Source: Octopus bimaculoides
Taxonomy: Eukaryota
Assembly (NCBI RefSeq): GCF_001194135.2
Contig: NC_068984.1
Coordinates: 35,158,621-35,222,620 of the forward strand
Direction of reading: 5' to 3'
Length of the DNA: 64,000 nt
The position numbers were made by a program, and so were the translations under genes. This document shows, one piece after another, positions 28,529 to 41,749 of this stretch. Position 1 is the first letter of the stretch. Every line of letters begins with the position of its first letter. The notes beneath the pieces were generated by a model that worked only from the letters and a program-made list of their open reading frames with translations, did not search any database and had not been told where the DNA came from.

Positions 28529-28529
<1 letters not shown>

Positions 28530-30010
28530 GAATGAGCAATGAGTGTCAGAAAAATAATGATAAAATTAATCAAAATAATAATAATTGTAATAATGATGTT
28601 TACTATTATTTTTGTTTCTATATTTGTTTTAATACATCCGTGCAGTTTGGATATGCATCAGTTGTTGTTTAGTGTTTGATCTGAAGTCACATTGATATAT
28701 ACCATTGGATCGATCGATCAAAATTTAGATGGAACGATGTCTCGACCTGAAGCCTCCCTTATAGTTTTCCTGCTTTTCTGTCGTTTACACTCACATATCT
28801 CGTTCTTTCTTTCATTTTCTTTGTATATTTTTTGTAATATTTTGAAATGGTTTTTATTCTCGCATCAAAACTACACTATGTATGTGTGTGTGTATATATA
28901 TAAATATATACATATATAATACATATTTGTATATAATATATATATATATAAGTATATGTTTCTTCTTTTACACACACACGCACACACACACATATATATA
29001 TATATATACATAAATATATATANNNNNNNNNNNNNNNNNNNNNNNNNNNNNNNNNNNNNNNNNNNNNNNNNNNNNNNNNNNNNNNNNNTATTTTTTGTAA
29101 TATTTTGAAATGGTTTTTATTCTCGCATCAAAACTACACTATGTATGTGTGTGTGTATATATATAAATATATACATATATAATACATATTTGTATATAAT
29201 ATATATATATATAAGTATATGTTTCTTCTTTTACACACACACGCACACACACACATATATATATATATATACATACATATATATATATCAGTATATATAT
29301 ATTTCATATATGTATGCCTCCATACGAGCAGATTTGTGCATAGTATAAAAAGGTTTATACTCATTTATGTGTAAATTTGTGTCTGTCTGCGATTGTCTTT
29401 GTGGGAAAGTAAGCCCTCTGATTCGGAAACCCTGCTGAAATGTTAAAACACCTTTAGAAATGTTTAGAAACATGCGTTGTGAGAAAGTTACAAACCACAT
29501 GAATGCGTTAATGTTGAAACACACTTATACCAATCGTGTATGGATGTGTTCTTTTAATCATACAGCAGACATGTAACATTCGTTGTAAAAATTCCTTTTA
29601 TGTATATTCACGAAGTCAAAATGCCTTCGTTTTATGCGTCATAAAAAATAAACTCCTACGATGTAAGTAAAATAGAAAGTAAAACCATGAACATAAAAGG
29701 AAAAAAACTGTATGACATGTGAGAGCAAGCACCAAGTTCTATTTAACAATTCTGCCTCGCGATCATGTATTTCCATGTTCAATGCGTTGCCACATTTGCC
29801 GTCAGAAATATAATGTTCCAGCACTATACCTGGAAACCGTGCGCGATATCTTGCTTTTTAAGTGTTCACCATATAAAATATTTGATGCATATTCATGTCT
29901 TTGCTTATAGCAAAAAGTACAGATCTCCACTCTCAATCATACTATTTAAATATCACTTTCAGAGTTTGACACTAGACAAGCAAGGTCATGCAAGACACCA
30001 GACATGCAAG

Positions 30011-30093
30011 TAAGTCGATTACTCCAATGCTGGTATTTATTTAAATGATCCCAAAGGATAAAAGGCAAAGTCGAACTCTGTGGAATTTAAACT
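30011..30093 (-). mobile_element. Partial SINE (central part)
   Basis: taagtcgattac...ctggtatttatt...gatcccaaaggataaaaggcaaagtcgaactctgtggaatttaaact matches the SINE core. Confidence 0.7.
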
Positions 30094-30439
30094 ACTCAAA
30101 CATTATTATTATATCGTTGGCAATTTAAATCATGAGAAGTATTAGATTGTATTAGATTGTTAAACCACAATTTCTATACATATAGAAGCGATGTGGAACA
30201 CTGTGTTTACGTTATATTTCAGCTCTATAACAAAGTATCGTATTTGTTGTCTTGATCCAGTAGTAGTCATCCTGAATTAACAATGAAATCCTAGCATTGA
30301 TTTCGATTCTAGTTTAGAATTTCTTCTTTCGAAACATTTCCCTTTCTGAATCTTGGTCTCTCAAGACGAGAGATATATTTGAAGAGAGTTGGAAATACCC
30401 CAATATGTGTGATACAACAAGGACTCTAGCAGTTTATAT

Positions 30440-30479
<40 letters not shown>

Positions 30480-31893
30480 GCAATAAAACAATACTATAAA
30501 CGCAGGATGGGATTGGCAATAATTTTGACGAAGAGTAGAAGAATGGCAATGCCTATAAGGGAGGAAAATTAAGACAATCTCATGGAACGCAACGACTACG
30601 ATGATGATGAGGGGGAGGAGAATGTTAAAGAAGGGGATTAGGAAGAGGAGGAGAAGAAATTTCGTGTTGATATAATATCTGCTACTGGTGCGTTGATGAC
30701 GATTTTGATAATGATGTCTGCAAATATTTCAGCAATAGCGATGTGTCTGTTTGTATACTATGGACTTTTGTTAAATGGAGTAAACTGTTGAAGAGGAAAG
30801 ATTAAATTTCTCATATGTCTCTAACATGAAATATTATGCAATGATCGATAATCTTCTCGCTGATGTTATTATTTATTGTAGTTTATGCCGTTGATCTTCT
30901 TTTCGGTGAATTCGCTGCTCCACTTAGCTAACATTTTTAATTGTCCTTCTAATCTTAATATTTATTAATGTTGTAACTATTTCATCGAGAAGAACAAATG
31001 TGGAAGCGATATACTTATACAGGGCAGTAGATATAATCCCGTATTTATTCACTTTTCTAATCTATTTAGAATTCACAAACATACGATATTAGACTTACGT
31101 TACATCGTTGCCTCGTTGATATTTATATGTACTCGTAATATATGCAATGTAATTAATTCAATAAAATTTAGCTCTAAAAGACAAGTTTCCTAACCAATTG
31201 TTTTCAAGTAATATGTATGAAGTGGAGAATTTTTTTCAGATTAAAAAATAGAAAAATATCGTTTCATTAGGGTTTAAATGTTATCAATCTATATTCATGG
31301 TGATATCTGTTGGAGCACACCGTATCTCGTTGACACCCTATTGCCAGGGGGTCTGGGGTTTTGACGAATGAAAGTAAATGAAATATTTATTCAATCCTAA
31401 AAGCTTAGATAAATATTACAATAAGAAGAGAATCTATCTGAAACATAAATAACAATATTATTATTATTTTATTATGTAATAACGTTCTCAAATTTAATGG
31501 AAGGAGTCATCATTTCTCCTACATGATATCATGTTACCAGAGAAAATGTCGAGATCCAGTGAAGTATAACATAGCATCATATCATTAGGAGTTGTGGGGT
31601 TTGTTCTTTAAGATCTATCTTTTAATAAACGTGGAGTTGGTTCTTTAAGGTCGCTCTTTTAAGAAAAGTGGGGTTGGCATTTTATGTCAGGTTAAAAGAG
31701 ATTTCCCCTCAACGACAGTTCAGAGAAACCCGGAAAGGATTTTTCCGAAATGTGGTCAAAATTTAGTCCGGTTCTCAGCGTTTTGAGGAGATCGATTAAG
31801 AACATGTTGCAAGTGGTAGTGAGAGACAAAAACACACGCATATACAGGCACACATACACACGTGCACACACACACGCATACACACAGAGACAG

Positions 31894-31927
<34 letters not shown>

Positions 31928-32275
31928 NNNNNNNNNNNNNNNNNNNNNNNNNNNNNNNNNNNNNNNNNNNNNNNNNNNNNNNNNNNNNNNNNNNNNNNNN
32001 NNNNNNNNNNNNNNNNNNNNNNNNNNNNNNNNNNNNNNNNNNNNNNNNNNNNNNNNNNNNNNNNNNNNNNNNNNNNNNNNNNNNNNNNNNNNNNNNNNNN
32101 NNNNNNNNNNNNNNNNNNNNNNNNNNNNNNNNNNNNNNNNNNNNNNNNNNNNNNNNNNNNNNNNNNNNNNNNNNNNNNNNNNNNNNNNNNNNNNNNNNNN
32201 NNNNNNNNNNNNNNNNNNNNNNNNNNNNNNNNNNNNNNNNNNNNNNNNNNNNNNNNNNNNNNNNNNNNNNNNNNN

Positions 32276-32307
<32 letters not shown>

Positions 32308-32486
32308 CAGGTATAAGTTAGAGGTGTTTAAAGCCTCTTAGGCATAGATATATCCAAAGGCATACCTGCTGATTACCTCATTAGGTATAGTCCTTAGTAA
32401 AAGGTATACGGCAGCAAGTAATTTGGCTGGTAAACCGTAGTTTAATTTATATAGACAATATATTTATAATTTATACAGACAATAAT

Positions 32487-32817
32487 AAAATGGAGGGAAA
32501 ATAACAATAAGTGTTCTTCTGAGCTAGGAAGCCATTATTTAATTAGTTAAGAAAGGTGGGAGTGAGAGAGAGTTTCTGTGTACCATGGTGAGGAAAATAT
32601 TCTTTTGCGTCGTTGCCAATGGTAGACATCATCAGAACGAAGAAGTCAAAGGTAGAGTAGAGCGAAAGGTAGACAGAGCATTGGCAACGAAGCAAAAATA
32701 TTTTTTCTTCACAGAAATGATCGTAATCTCACTCTCACTCGAACCTTTCTTAACTAATTAAATAATGGCTTCCTAGCACATAAAACACACTTCTTATTGG
32801 TATTTTCCCTCCATTTT
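32487..32817. mobile_element. Foldback/palindromic MITE-like element (about 135-bp arms, 57-nt loop)
   Basis: Perfect 35-bp inverted core 32523-32557 / 32743-32777. Arms extend imperfectly to 32487-32621 and 32679-32817. Confidence 0.85.
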
Positions 32818-32826
32818 CTTATCGTC

Positions 32827-32869
<43 letters not shown>

Positions 32870-32894
32870 GTATTTATGCATATACATAAATACA

Positions 32895-32956
<62 letters not shown>

Positions 32957-33988
32957 CATGATATATATACACATAATCCTATTCATTATGAAAGTTGACA
33001 TATCAAGGGCCTTGGGATTTTGTTTAGATATTATTGAGAATTTTATTCTCTGAATGTATCTTAATGTCAGTCTAGTAGTTCCCTCAACAACATATGACAG
33101 TACCCTATTGATTAGATCAAGGTACGTAACCAAGTATTCCCTGAAGGTAGGGTTATCGAGTTTGTATTCAGTGATTATAGAGGAATATAGCATGCAGCTA
33201 TCTACTTCTTACTGTTCTGCCTTTAATATCATCTACAGGACATACTGCTGAGGCAGTAAACAGTGTATTCGCAAATTTCATCACAATTTGACATAGCTCT
33301 TCACACCCAGCTAAAACCGATATCCTAGAAAATTCTTATTACAGAGAATTAGTTTATACGATTATGATTCTGTATGCATATTATTGACTATATTTTGGCG
33401 TTGAGAAGTGTGGATATGTGTGTTTGCGTTGTGTGTTAATATACGTATAAAGATTGGGCGTCGTCATACCATAATCAGCTCCCGATGAATAGTTGAGAAT
33501 TTGCAGTTTGAAATTTTCTTTGATTAACGATTTGTGTCTTCCTATCTACCAAAAAATATTTGCGAGAACAATTACACCTTACACACTCACAGTAAGTATT
33601 TCATCAATCGACCTTCTCTAGAAAGTAACCAAATCACACGCAAACTACACGACGCGCATCTGAATAGTAATGTGCATATATCAGTTTCCTGTCTTGTATC
33701 GTCCTTAATCGAAAAGAAGCTAGTTTGGACGTAGTCGCAATACCTTACATTGTAAGACTACCGCAGAGTATGAATGGGCGTTTGTGAAAGAATACAACAT
33801 CAACGTTCCCACTGAACTTAATTTAACATTTGTGGCTGTAAGATACACATTCTTAGCAACCATGAATAAATGACTATCATATGGACATTATTATGCTGAG
33901 CATAATAAATTTAGAATACTAAGTTTATTATATTAAACATAACAAATTTCACAGAGAATTGTGCGCCCGCACAGAAAGACACAGACTC

Positions 33989-34000
33989 ACACACACGCAT

Positions 34001-34059
<59 letters not shown>
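33989..34059. repeat. (CA)n microsatellite
   Basis: Directly visible. Confidence 0.95.
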
Positions 34060-34062
<3 letters not shown>

Positions 34063-34370
34063 AAACACAAAAACACGCAAGCACATATTTTATAAATGTA
34101 TGTACATAACGTACTAAGAAAGAAAATAATCTAATATTTGCATGCCTTTTCTATCAGTAAAACTCTGTAACCTAGAATAGATTTGTCACTTATTAATTCC
34201 ACTGGAACCTACTCTACAATGATATTCATAATTGATTAAATAGCAGAATCCTAGGAGTTACAAAATAACTAAAGGGTTGTATTTATAGCTACTTACGTTC
34301 CCAGTTCAAAACATGACGAGGCTACTAGCACTTAATGCTCAGAGATATAGACATAAACACACACATACAA

Positions 34371-34417
<47 letters not shown>

Positions 34418-37233
34418 GCTATGTCTGTATATGTATATGTATATCTCGGAAAGATGATGCATTATCTGGTGAAATATGAATGACCATATCGTAGCAAGAT
34501 TCAGGAAGTATATTATACAAATGCATCGTGAAATAATGTTAATTAAAATTTTACAGAACTTCCGAGAGTTATAAAGTAAATGTTGTCTTCCTACACATAA
34601 TGTGAGATACTAAGACAGTTTCCTTTATAATGAATCCAATAAAAGTTTATATTGATAGAGTTTCTAATCTTCCACAAAATACGTAATTTCGACAGTTAGG
34701 TTTCTAGGCATATATCATCAATATCCGTTGGAGAAAATTCTGTTGCTAAGGCTTCTTATTTAAACAACAAAGCATTTAATACCAGCAGTTTTCTGTATAC
34801 GACATCATATATACAAATGACTTAAACTCACAAATGTAGAAATGGAAATAGAAAATCTCATTTTATTATTCGATATTAGCTTGAATATTAGAACATTAGA
34901 ACACAATACTCAAGCTTATAGCTTATAGTCAGAGCATCACGTTGATAATGATGCCAGGCTTCATGTAATCTTTTGCAAACATTCTATTAAATTTGTTGCA
35001 AAAATATTTTGAATATTTTCTACAGTTTTCAGAAGCATGCACGAAACATATAGAACAAGACCGTGAGCATGTTTAATTGTAGAAACGGTAACAACATAAA
35101 TTGCCCTACCACATTCTTATACGTATGAAGATGGATATTTGAATGATCGCTAGCAGCTGAAATCGTGTATCGAGTCAACAGCAAAAGAATTTAAAACGTG
35201 ATTTTATTTTTGTTTAAACTCTTTAGGAAAACCGAGATTTGCTACTGGACATTCGAAATATAACTTTGAGATAACATGTTTGCCTTTCCGTTAGTAGAAA
35301 CTTTGCTTAAATATCTGCTTCCATGCATGGCAATATTAGGAAAACGTTTATACATCATTGTTGTCAATTTGTGTGAAGACATAGCGAGATATGTTTGTAT
35401 TAATCAAAGCATGTTGCTATGCAATTTTCGTAAGGCGCACCCTCAATGAAATACTCATAAATTGAAGTTTAAAATTTAGCAGGGTCTTGTTTTATCCATT
35501 TACCGATACTATCTGTAATTCATTGCAGTTTGTATTTACACATTTGCCTTTTTATTTTTCTCTTTCTTTTTGGATTAAACCATATTTATAATTGAAAATC
35601 TCATTTTGAGAGTTTTCCAGAATAAGCTCATTTTACAGATGGCATTTTTCTTTCTTGTTCTTTTCCTGAAATCCTTCACATTGTTCTTAATATCTGCAGT
35701 ACATTGTAGCATTTGGAAGTGGATGGATTCCGGTGAATAGTTAAAGATTCTTTCAGTTAATAGGATCCAATTACATGAGGAGTTTTACGTTTCGTTGAAA
35801 GCTTTATTATTTTATACAAGCAAATAGTTTTTCTTTCCTATATAAAGTCATATACGATTAGTTATTCATATCTGTATTTACATATGCAACCAGTCAAATG
35901 TTTCCTTTAGCTTTCGTTATCTGAATATTATTTCATTGTTTCAGACCTCTACTATGATGGTCTTCTTTGCAATTTCGAAACTAGAAACTGAAAATTTAGT
36001 TTAATAAACATGTATTTTGGTACTATATTTTAAATACCAAGTGCTCTCATTTACTTTCTTATTTACGCTGAAGACTCTCCAGTCTAATGTTTATATCTCG
36101 ACAAGGATGTGTTGTTTAAAATTTTAAAGTCGGTGATATATATTGTTAGTATGACATTGAAAAGCCTTGCGGGTCGGAAAAATCATTAACGCTTTGGACA
36201 TAATAACTAGAGAGATTATAGTTACTACGCTTAATCTTTTACCTTCAAACATTGGATTTCATTGTTCTGGAGTTGATAAAATGGTGTACCATTTAAATAC
36301 TGAATTCAAATATGACCAGCATAGGCCCCTTCAAAATGTGTGGTCTTCCTTCAACGTTAGAAATTAGTTTTAGGTCGATTGCTAGCATGATTAAAGTATC
36401 GACATAAAAGCTACGTTTAATCTATATTTCCGATATTATTAAAACTCATTTATCCTGGGTGTTAAAGAATAGTATGTACTCATAACATACAACAGCAAGA
36501 TATGAGGCCGTGGAAACATACCTGCTCATACACGTATGATTAATGAATTAGGCGTTATTGCCGATATTTTTCCGGCAGTGAATTACATAGCAATGAGAAG
36601 TAATAAAATTTACATATAATGGTATATATTTAAAGGATTCTATTCGGAAACCACACTGTATAATGCTTTTGATTATTTCGTGATTGTAGAAATAAATAGT
36701 GAATTTTAGAAGAATCTTAGAAGAGGAGTTTCATATGTAGACCACTTTCACATTCTTATTTTCAATGTAAATATATTACAAAAAGAGGGACACATGATAG
36801 CAAAATGTGGGAGAATTGGTAAACACATGTTACTGTAGATGTGAAAATTTTTCGACATCACATCGAGAAACAGAACTTGAAAGAAAATCACATAATTAGA
36901 AATTGAGATGATAAATATAAATTATTTGAGCACGGGAGGAGTAAGCTCCTTTAATGATTAGTCACGGTATTGTATTGTTAATTTCACCAAAACAAGTTTG
37001 AAAGTCAGAAAGAATTTCCAAACAATGCAATCACCAAAACGAAAATAGTAAAGGATTTAGGATGCATTATTAAATAGATTAATTGAAATGAGTCTTAAAT
37101 AACTAATCTTATTCACAAAACTATATTTTGCTGTCTACCGATCAGAAAAAAAAAACAAAAACAAATACACACTAACTAGTATTCAAATGTTCGTATGGTG
37201 CTATCATTATAACACACACACACACACACACAC

Positions 37234-37282
<49 letters not shown>

Positions 37283-38399
37283 ATTAAAGAAAGTAGGCAT
37301 TAAATGGCAGTTTCAGGAACAATGACTGCAAACCTCGACCCACCAAGTGATCACAGTTTCCAGTATTTCTTATTATCTCCACTCAAGAATACTATTTCAA
37401 AGAGAAGTAACACTGACTCCTTTAATGGCAATATAAATGTTTAATAGGTGTCCGGAAGCGAAACCGTCCAGAGTGATCTACTGGAAAGACATACTTTATA
37501 TGCAAGTAATCGTTTGCTTTGACAAGGCACTAGACCAATTTTCACAGTGGAGTATGTTTTATTTAAATGAATTTGTATTATGTCAAACCTCTTGCGAAGG
37601 AAGATAAATTGCAGCGTGGTCCAGCTTAAAATCGGCAAATAAAATATAAAAAATTGCAAATTCATTGGTCGAGGATATGTCTTTACGTAATATTATCTAG
37701 CAATACGTTAATCCCGGTTCACACCTTCCACAGGAAGGAGATATTTAATTTATGAATGCTTGCTAAACACATCACAATAAATATGCACCAAAGTCATGAA
37801 TAAGATTATCTTGAAAAGTTTAAAATAACCTAATAAATATAAATGAATAACGAATTTGTATTTTGAGCAAAGCTTTTTTTCCTACGTCGTTATGTGTAAC
37901 GAAATAAAAAAGAACAGGAATACATAGACTCGACTGTAATATACACCACGAAAACCACTTCAAATGTTGTTTTTCTGGCACTACTGAGAGGTTTTAGTGA
38001 GATTATTTGCAGATAGCTGTTTTAAAATTTTAAAATGTCTTTAAAATACCTTAGGGAAATAGAAATATTTGTCTGATTCTTAGTGAGATAAAAGAGAATC
38101 CAAATACACACAATTACGCACTGCTGCATAAAATCTGTGTGTGTATGTGTGTGAGGGCATGTGTACCTGTATGCGTGTGTGGTGGTTGGATATTTATTGG
38201 CCTCCAAATAAAGAAAATAGTGGGTTTCGCTTTCACAGGATTAACACACCGTGACACGAACTGAACAATAGTGGTATAATATCTAGAAGCAATCTTGAAT
38301 TCGTTTCAAATTTGTCACTCTTGTTCTAATATCTAGAGCTGGACGTGTTCTACCCGCCCAATACATGCATATTCATTTACATATGCACACAGAGATACA

Positions 38400-38465
38400 G
38401 GCACATACACATGTATACACACACACATATACACATACACACACACATATACACACACACGCACA

Positions 38466-38552
<87 letters not shown>
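38400..38552. repeat. Compound (CA)n-(TA)n microsatellite
   Basis: Directly visible. Confidence 0.95.
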
Positions 38553-38554
<2 letters not shown>

Positions 38555-40342
38555 ACATGTATACATGCATACGTACATACATATATACGTGTATATATAT
38601 GTACACATACATACACGGACATACCGATGAATACACAGATAGAAGACACTAATAGTTTCACAGATTAGATACACACATATGTATTTAAATTCATAAAGCT
38701 ATAATATTGTTCTATTACTGCACCTATATGTAAGGTTACAATCAGGGAAAGAAAGCGATAATGAATAATTGAAATATAGTAACATCGTAATATTTATATA
38801 TTTCTCATACCTTTTTTTAACATCAAAATCTCAGCGGGGTACCTTTTACACTTCGTTCAGTAGGACAGTTGGTTCAAACCCAGCCATACACATCCACGTC
38901 TTAAATGAGATTTAAAATGCAGCAGTGTGTAAATAGTTTTTTTACAACTTTACCAATGTGGCATACCCTAGCAGAATAATGATATCGATAATGTCTTGAA
39001 TTTCTTTCCATACTTAGAATTGTTTACGTCTTGACGTAAAGATGAAAATAAGTGATAATAAATCTCAATTTAGCAGAGGTGACAAGAGTAAGAGCTAAGA
39101 AATATTTTCAAAGATATTCTCTCGTAAGAGTACACATTAAAAACTACCTGTTTGATTTTACACTATCCCAAGAGACACACTTCGCATAAAAAAGAATGTA
39201 TTTCACGTCTACTGAAACATAAGTAATGCTATAGTTTGCCGAAAAACAGTGAAATTTATAAATTCTACTTGTTATATATGGATAGAATTATAAATTAACT
39301 GAAAACAAATATACTTATGTAGAGGAACATTTGTTCTTGTATAGGAAAATAGATATATCCACATAATAGTTTATATGCGTAAATGTTCATACAGGCACCC
39401 CTATTGACATAGGTACACTCATATACATGCATACACGTACAAACACACAAAGACATACACATAGATACATACAAAGGCGCACGCACACAATACACAACCA
39501 TACACGTATATATATTTTGTTTTGTAAACCTGATCTACGATAGACATATTTTTATGAAGTATACGCATGCTGGTCACAGACATATACGCTCACATACAAC
39601 TTTGTGCTTTAGTGCACGTATGTGTTTATATATATAAATAATACACGCATATGTAATAATACATATATACGTACTATATCTTTTACAAGGGCATGGTTGA
39701 GAGTTTTAAGTGTAAAGTTATGTAGCATATATCAGACTGTAAACCATTATGGACTTTCCAGTTCATTTCTAATTGTTTGGGCTTTATAGATGTAGAACCC
39801 ATGTAGATTAATATTTGTAGATAAAATTGATAAGTAACAGAATAAGAAAGACGATGGAGAGGCAATTGGGAGGAAGAAAAAAGAAAGCAAATATTTACAA
39901 GTAGTGGTAGAAACGCAGGGTTGCCATAGACAGCTGAAAAATCATTATGTCTAAGGAATACATTCGGAACATCGTTTATTCGTACACGCGACATGTATAT
40001 TAACCGTATAACGATAGGTTATTGGAAATAAGCATGCATGTATTAAGAAAGAAACATAAATATGCACGCATCTATACATATATATATACATGATTGAATA
40101 TTGATATATTCAGGGGTGTATCCATGCATAAAGATACGCATATAAACACACTGGACCTGTTGTTTTATATACGTTTATTATTTCGTTTTGCAAGATTCCT
40201 GATGTATAGTTGTGTATTGAAACAGAAATCGTTGTATAACGGAATGGTCATTTGTTTTACTAAATAAACACACGCACTATCTATTTTTTTTTCTTCACTC
40301 GTTCATTACTGTTCTTATTTTACTACTTTCACTCATGCCCAT

Positions 40343-40387
40343 TGTCCGGAAATCTTTCGTCACGCATCTGTGATCTTTTCAGCGACA
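40343..40387 (-). ncRNA. Degenerate minimal type-I hammerhead ribozyme-like motif (putative PLE 3' region)
   Basis: Minus strand UGUCG-CUGAAAA-GAUCAC-agaugc-GUGAC-GAAA-GAUUUC-CGGACA. Stems I and II form, each with a 1-nt bulge; core has G8A; stem III is near-palindromic. Confidence 0.55.
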
Positions 40388-41065
40388 CTTTTTTTTTGTT
40401 TTCGCGTGTGTTCTTTCTCTACTTCATTCTGTTCTCCTCAGATGTGTATCCTTATGTGCGCACGCTTTTGTGTTCTTGTTTCTATGTGTGCATGTGTGTA
40501 TATATGTGTGTCAGAGTTTTTAGCAGCAGTGTGGCCTTCTCCTCAGACCCATCCGCTCACCCCATTGTGCAGCAGCTGTCTTAAGACCCCAGAATACTAT
40601 GGTACAGTTCCTGTAGTCCTCTGTGTACATGTGTTTGCCCACAGTACATGTGTACATGTATTCGTGGTAGTTGTTGTTGTTATTGCTATTTTTTTTATTA
40701 ATGCGGCTGCTGTCGTTGTTAATTATGGTGTTGGAATTGTTATAGCCGTCCATGAAATTCCGTGTCTATGTGTTTGTGTGTGTGTAAGTTTTCGCCTTGT
40801 ATGCTGTATGTATCCATGCTATTTATACATTTTCATTTATTTATTTTATCTATCTCTATGTCTTATATTTATCAATGGCATGTGACAAATATATTTATAT
40901 ATTTACTTATTGATATATATATATATATATATCATAAATATCACAAGTGCATATATGTCTATATTGCGTGTATTACGCTGTATGTTTTTGTATATTATTT
41001 ATGATCATTTGCCCACTCTCTACTCATCCCTACTGTCTTTAGTCATGTGATGTGGTGGTGGGTGT

Positions 41066-41720
41066 TACTGGTATATTCCTGCTTTCTATTGAGGCGCGGT
41101 CTATCTACTGTTATGTGTGTAGCCTCTGTGAACTATCTAAGTGTCGTTTCAGTTCTATGTGTCGATAGTATATTAATCCCTATGCTATTAATCGTGCCTC
41201 CATGTTCTGTCTGAGCATGTTCGTAGAACACTGACTAGCTATTCCCTTCTTTGAGCTCTCACCAATGTCATCTATACGCTCTCCTGTGATGCGTGCAGTC
41301 TCTCCAATGTAGGTAGTTGTCATGTTTCTGCACCGCCTCTCGTAAGCTTTTTATTGTCATACCAAGGTATTTTGTTGTCATACCCAGTCCTTATTTATCT
41401 TATTACTAGTCCATTCTCTGTTGTTCCTGTACAGCGGGCAGATCCTTTTAGCATCACTCTCTATGATGTCTTTGTACTTAGTCAATGTTTTTACTATGCT
41501 GCTGATAAAGCTTCCCCATATCTTCCCACATATCTTTTCTTTTTCGATATGCTTCTTTTTCTAAATTCCTATCGTTGAGTCCAGCATCCAAGGTGGTTGT
41601 GGTATACATTCTCTTGTAGTTTCTATAAGTTTGTGTGTCAAACATAGAGATAAGTGTTGATAAGTTCGATGATATCCCTTTCAGAATTCTGTTGATTTCA
41701 TTTGTTGCTTTCGAGAACAT
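41066..41720 (-). mobile_element. Penelope-like element remnant with GIY-YIG endonuclease (minus strand)
   Basis: Minus-strand translation CPLY...CRNMTTTYIGETAR (YIGET at about 41297-41314), then FYEHAQTEHG...INILSTH...R*FTEATHITVDRPRLNRKQEY. Fits the PLE GIY-YIG pattern YIGET...H...H...IL...R..EA..I...P.LN. Confidence 0.8.
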
Positions 41721-41749
41721 ATAGACCCTAAAATAATTATTACGCAATA

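Noticed and set aside
28826-29275. About 185-bp identical direct duplication on either side of the 29023-29088 gap
   Set aside because: The pattern is typical of an unmerged contig overlap (assembly artefact); it needs long reads before being treated as real.
33767-33837. Plus-strand mini-exon candidate (EYEWAFVKEYNINVPTELNLTFVA|gtaaga)
   Set aside because: Weak acceptor, no recognisable homology, and the opposite strand to the better exon candidate; compatible with chance.
40561-40620. Minus-strand exon candidate with a GTGAGC donor
   Set aside because: Poor acceptor, and it lies within the presumed PLE 3' region.
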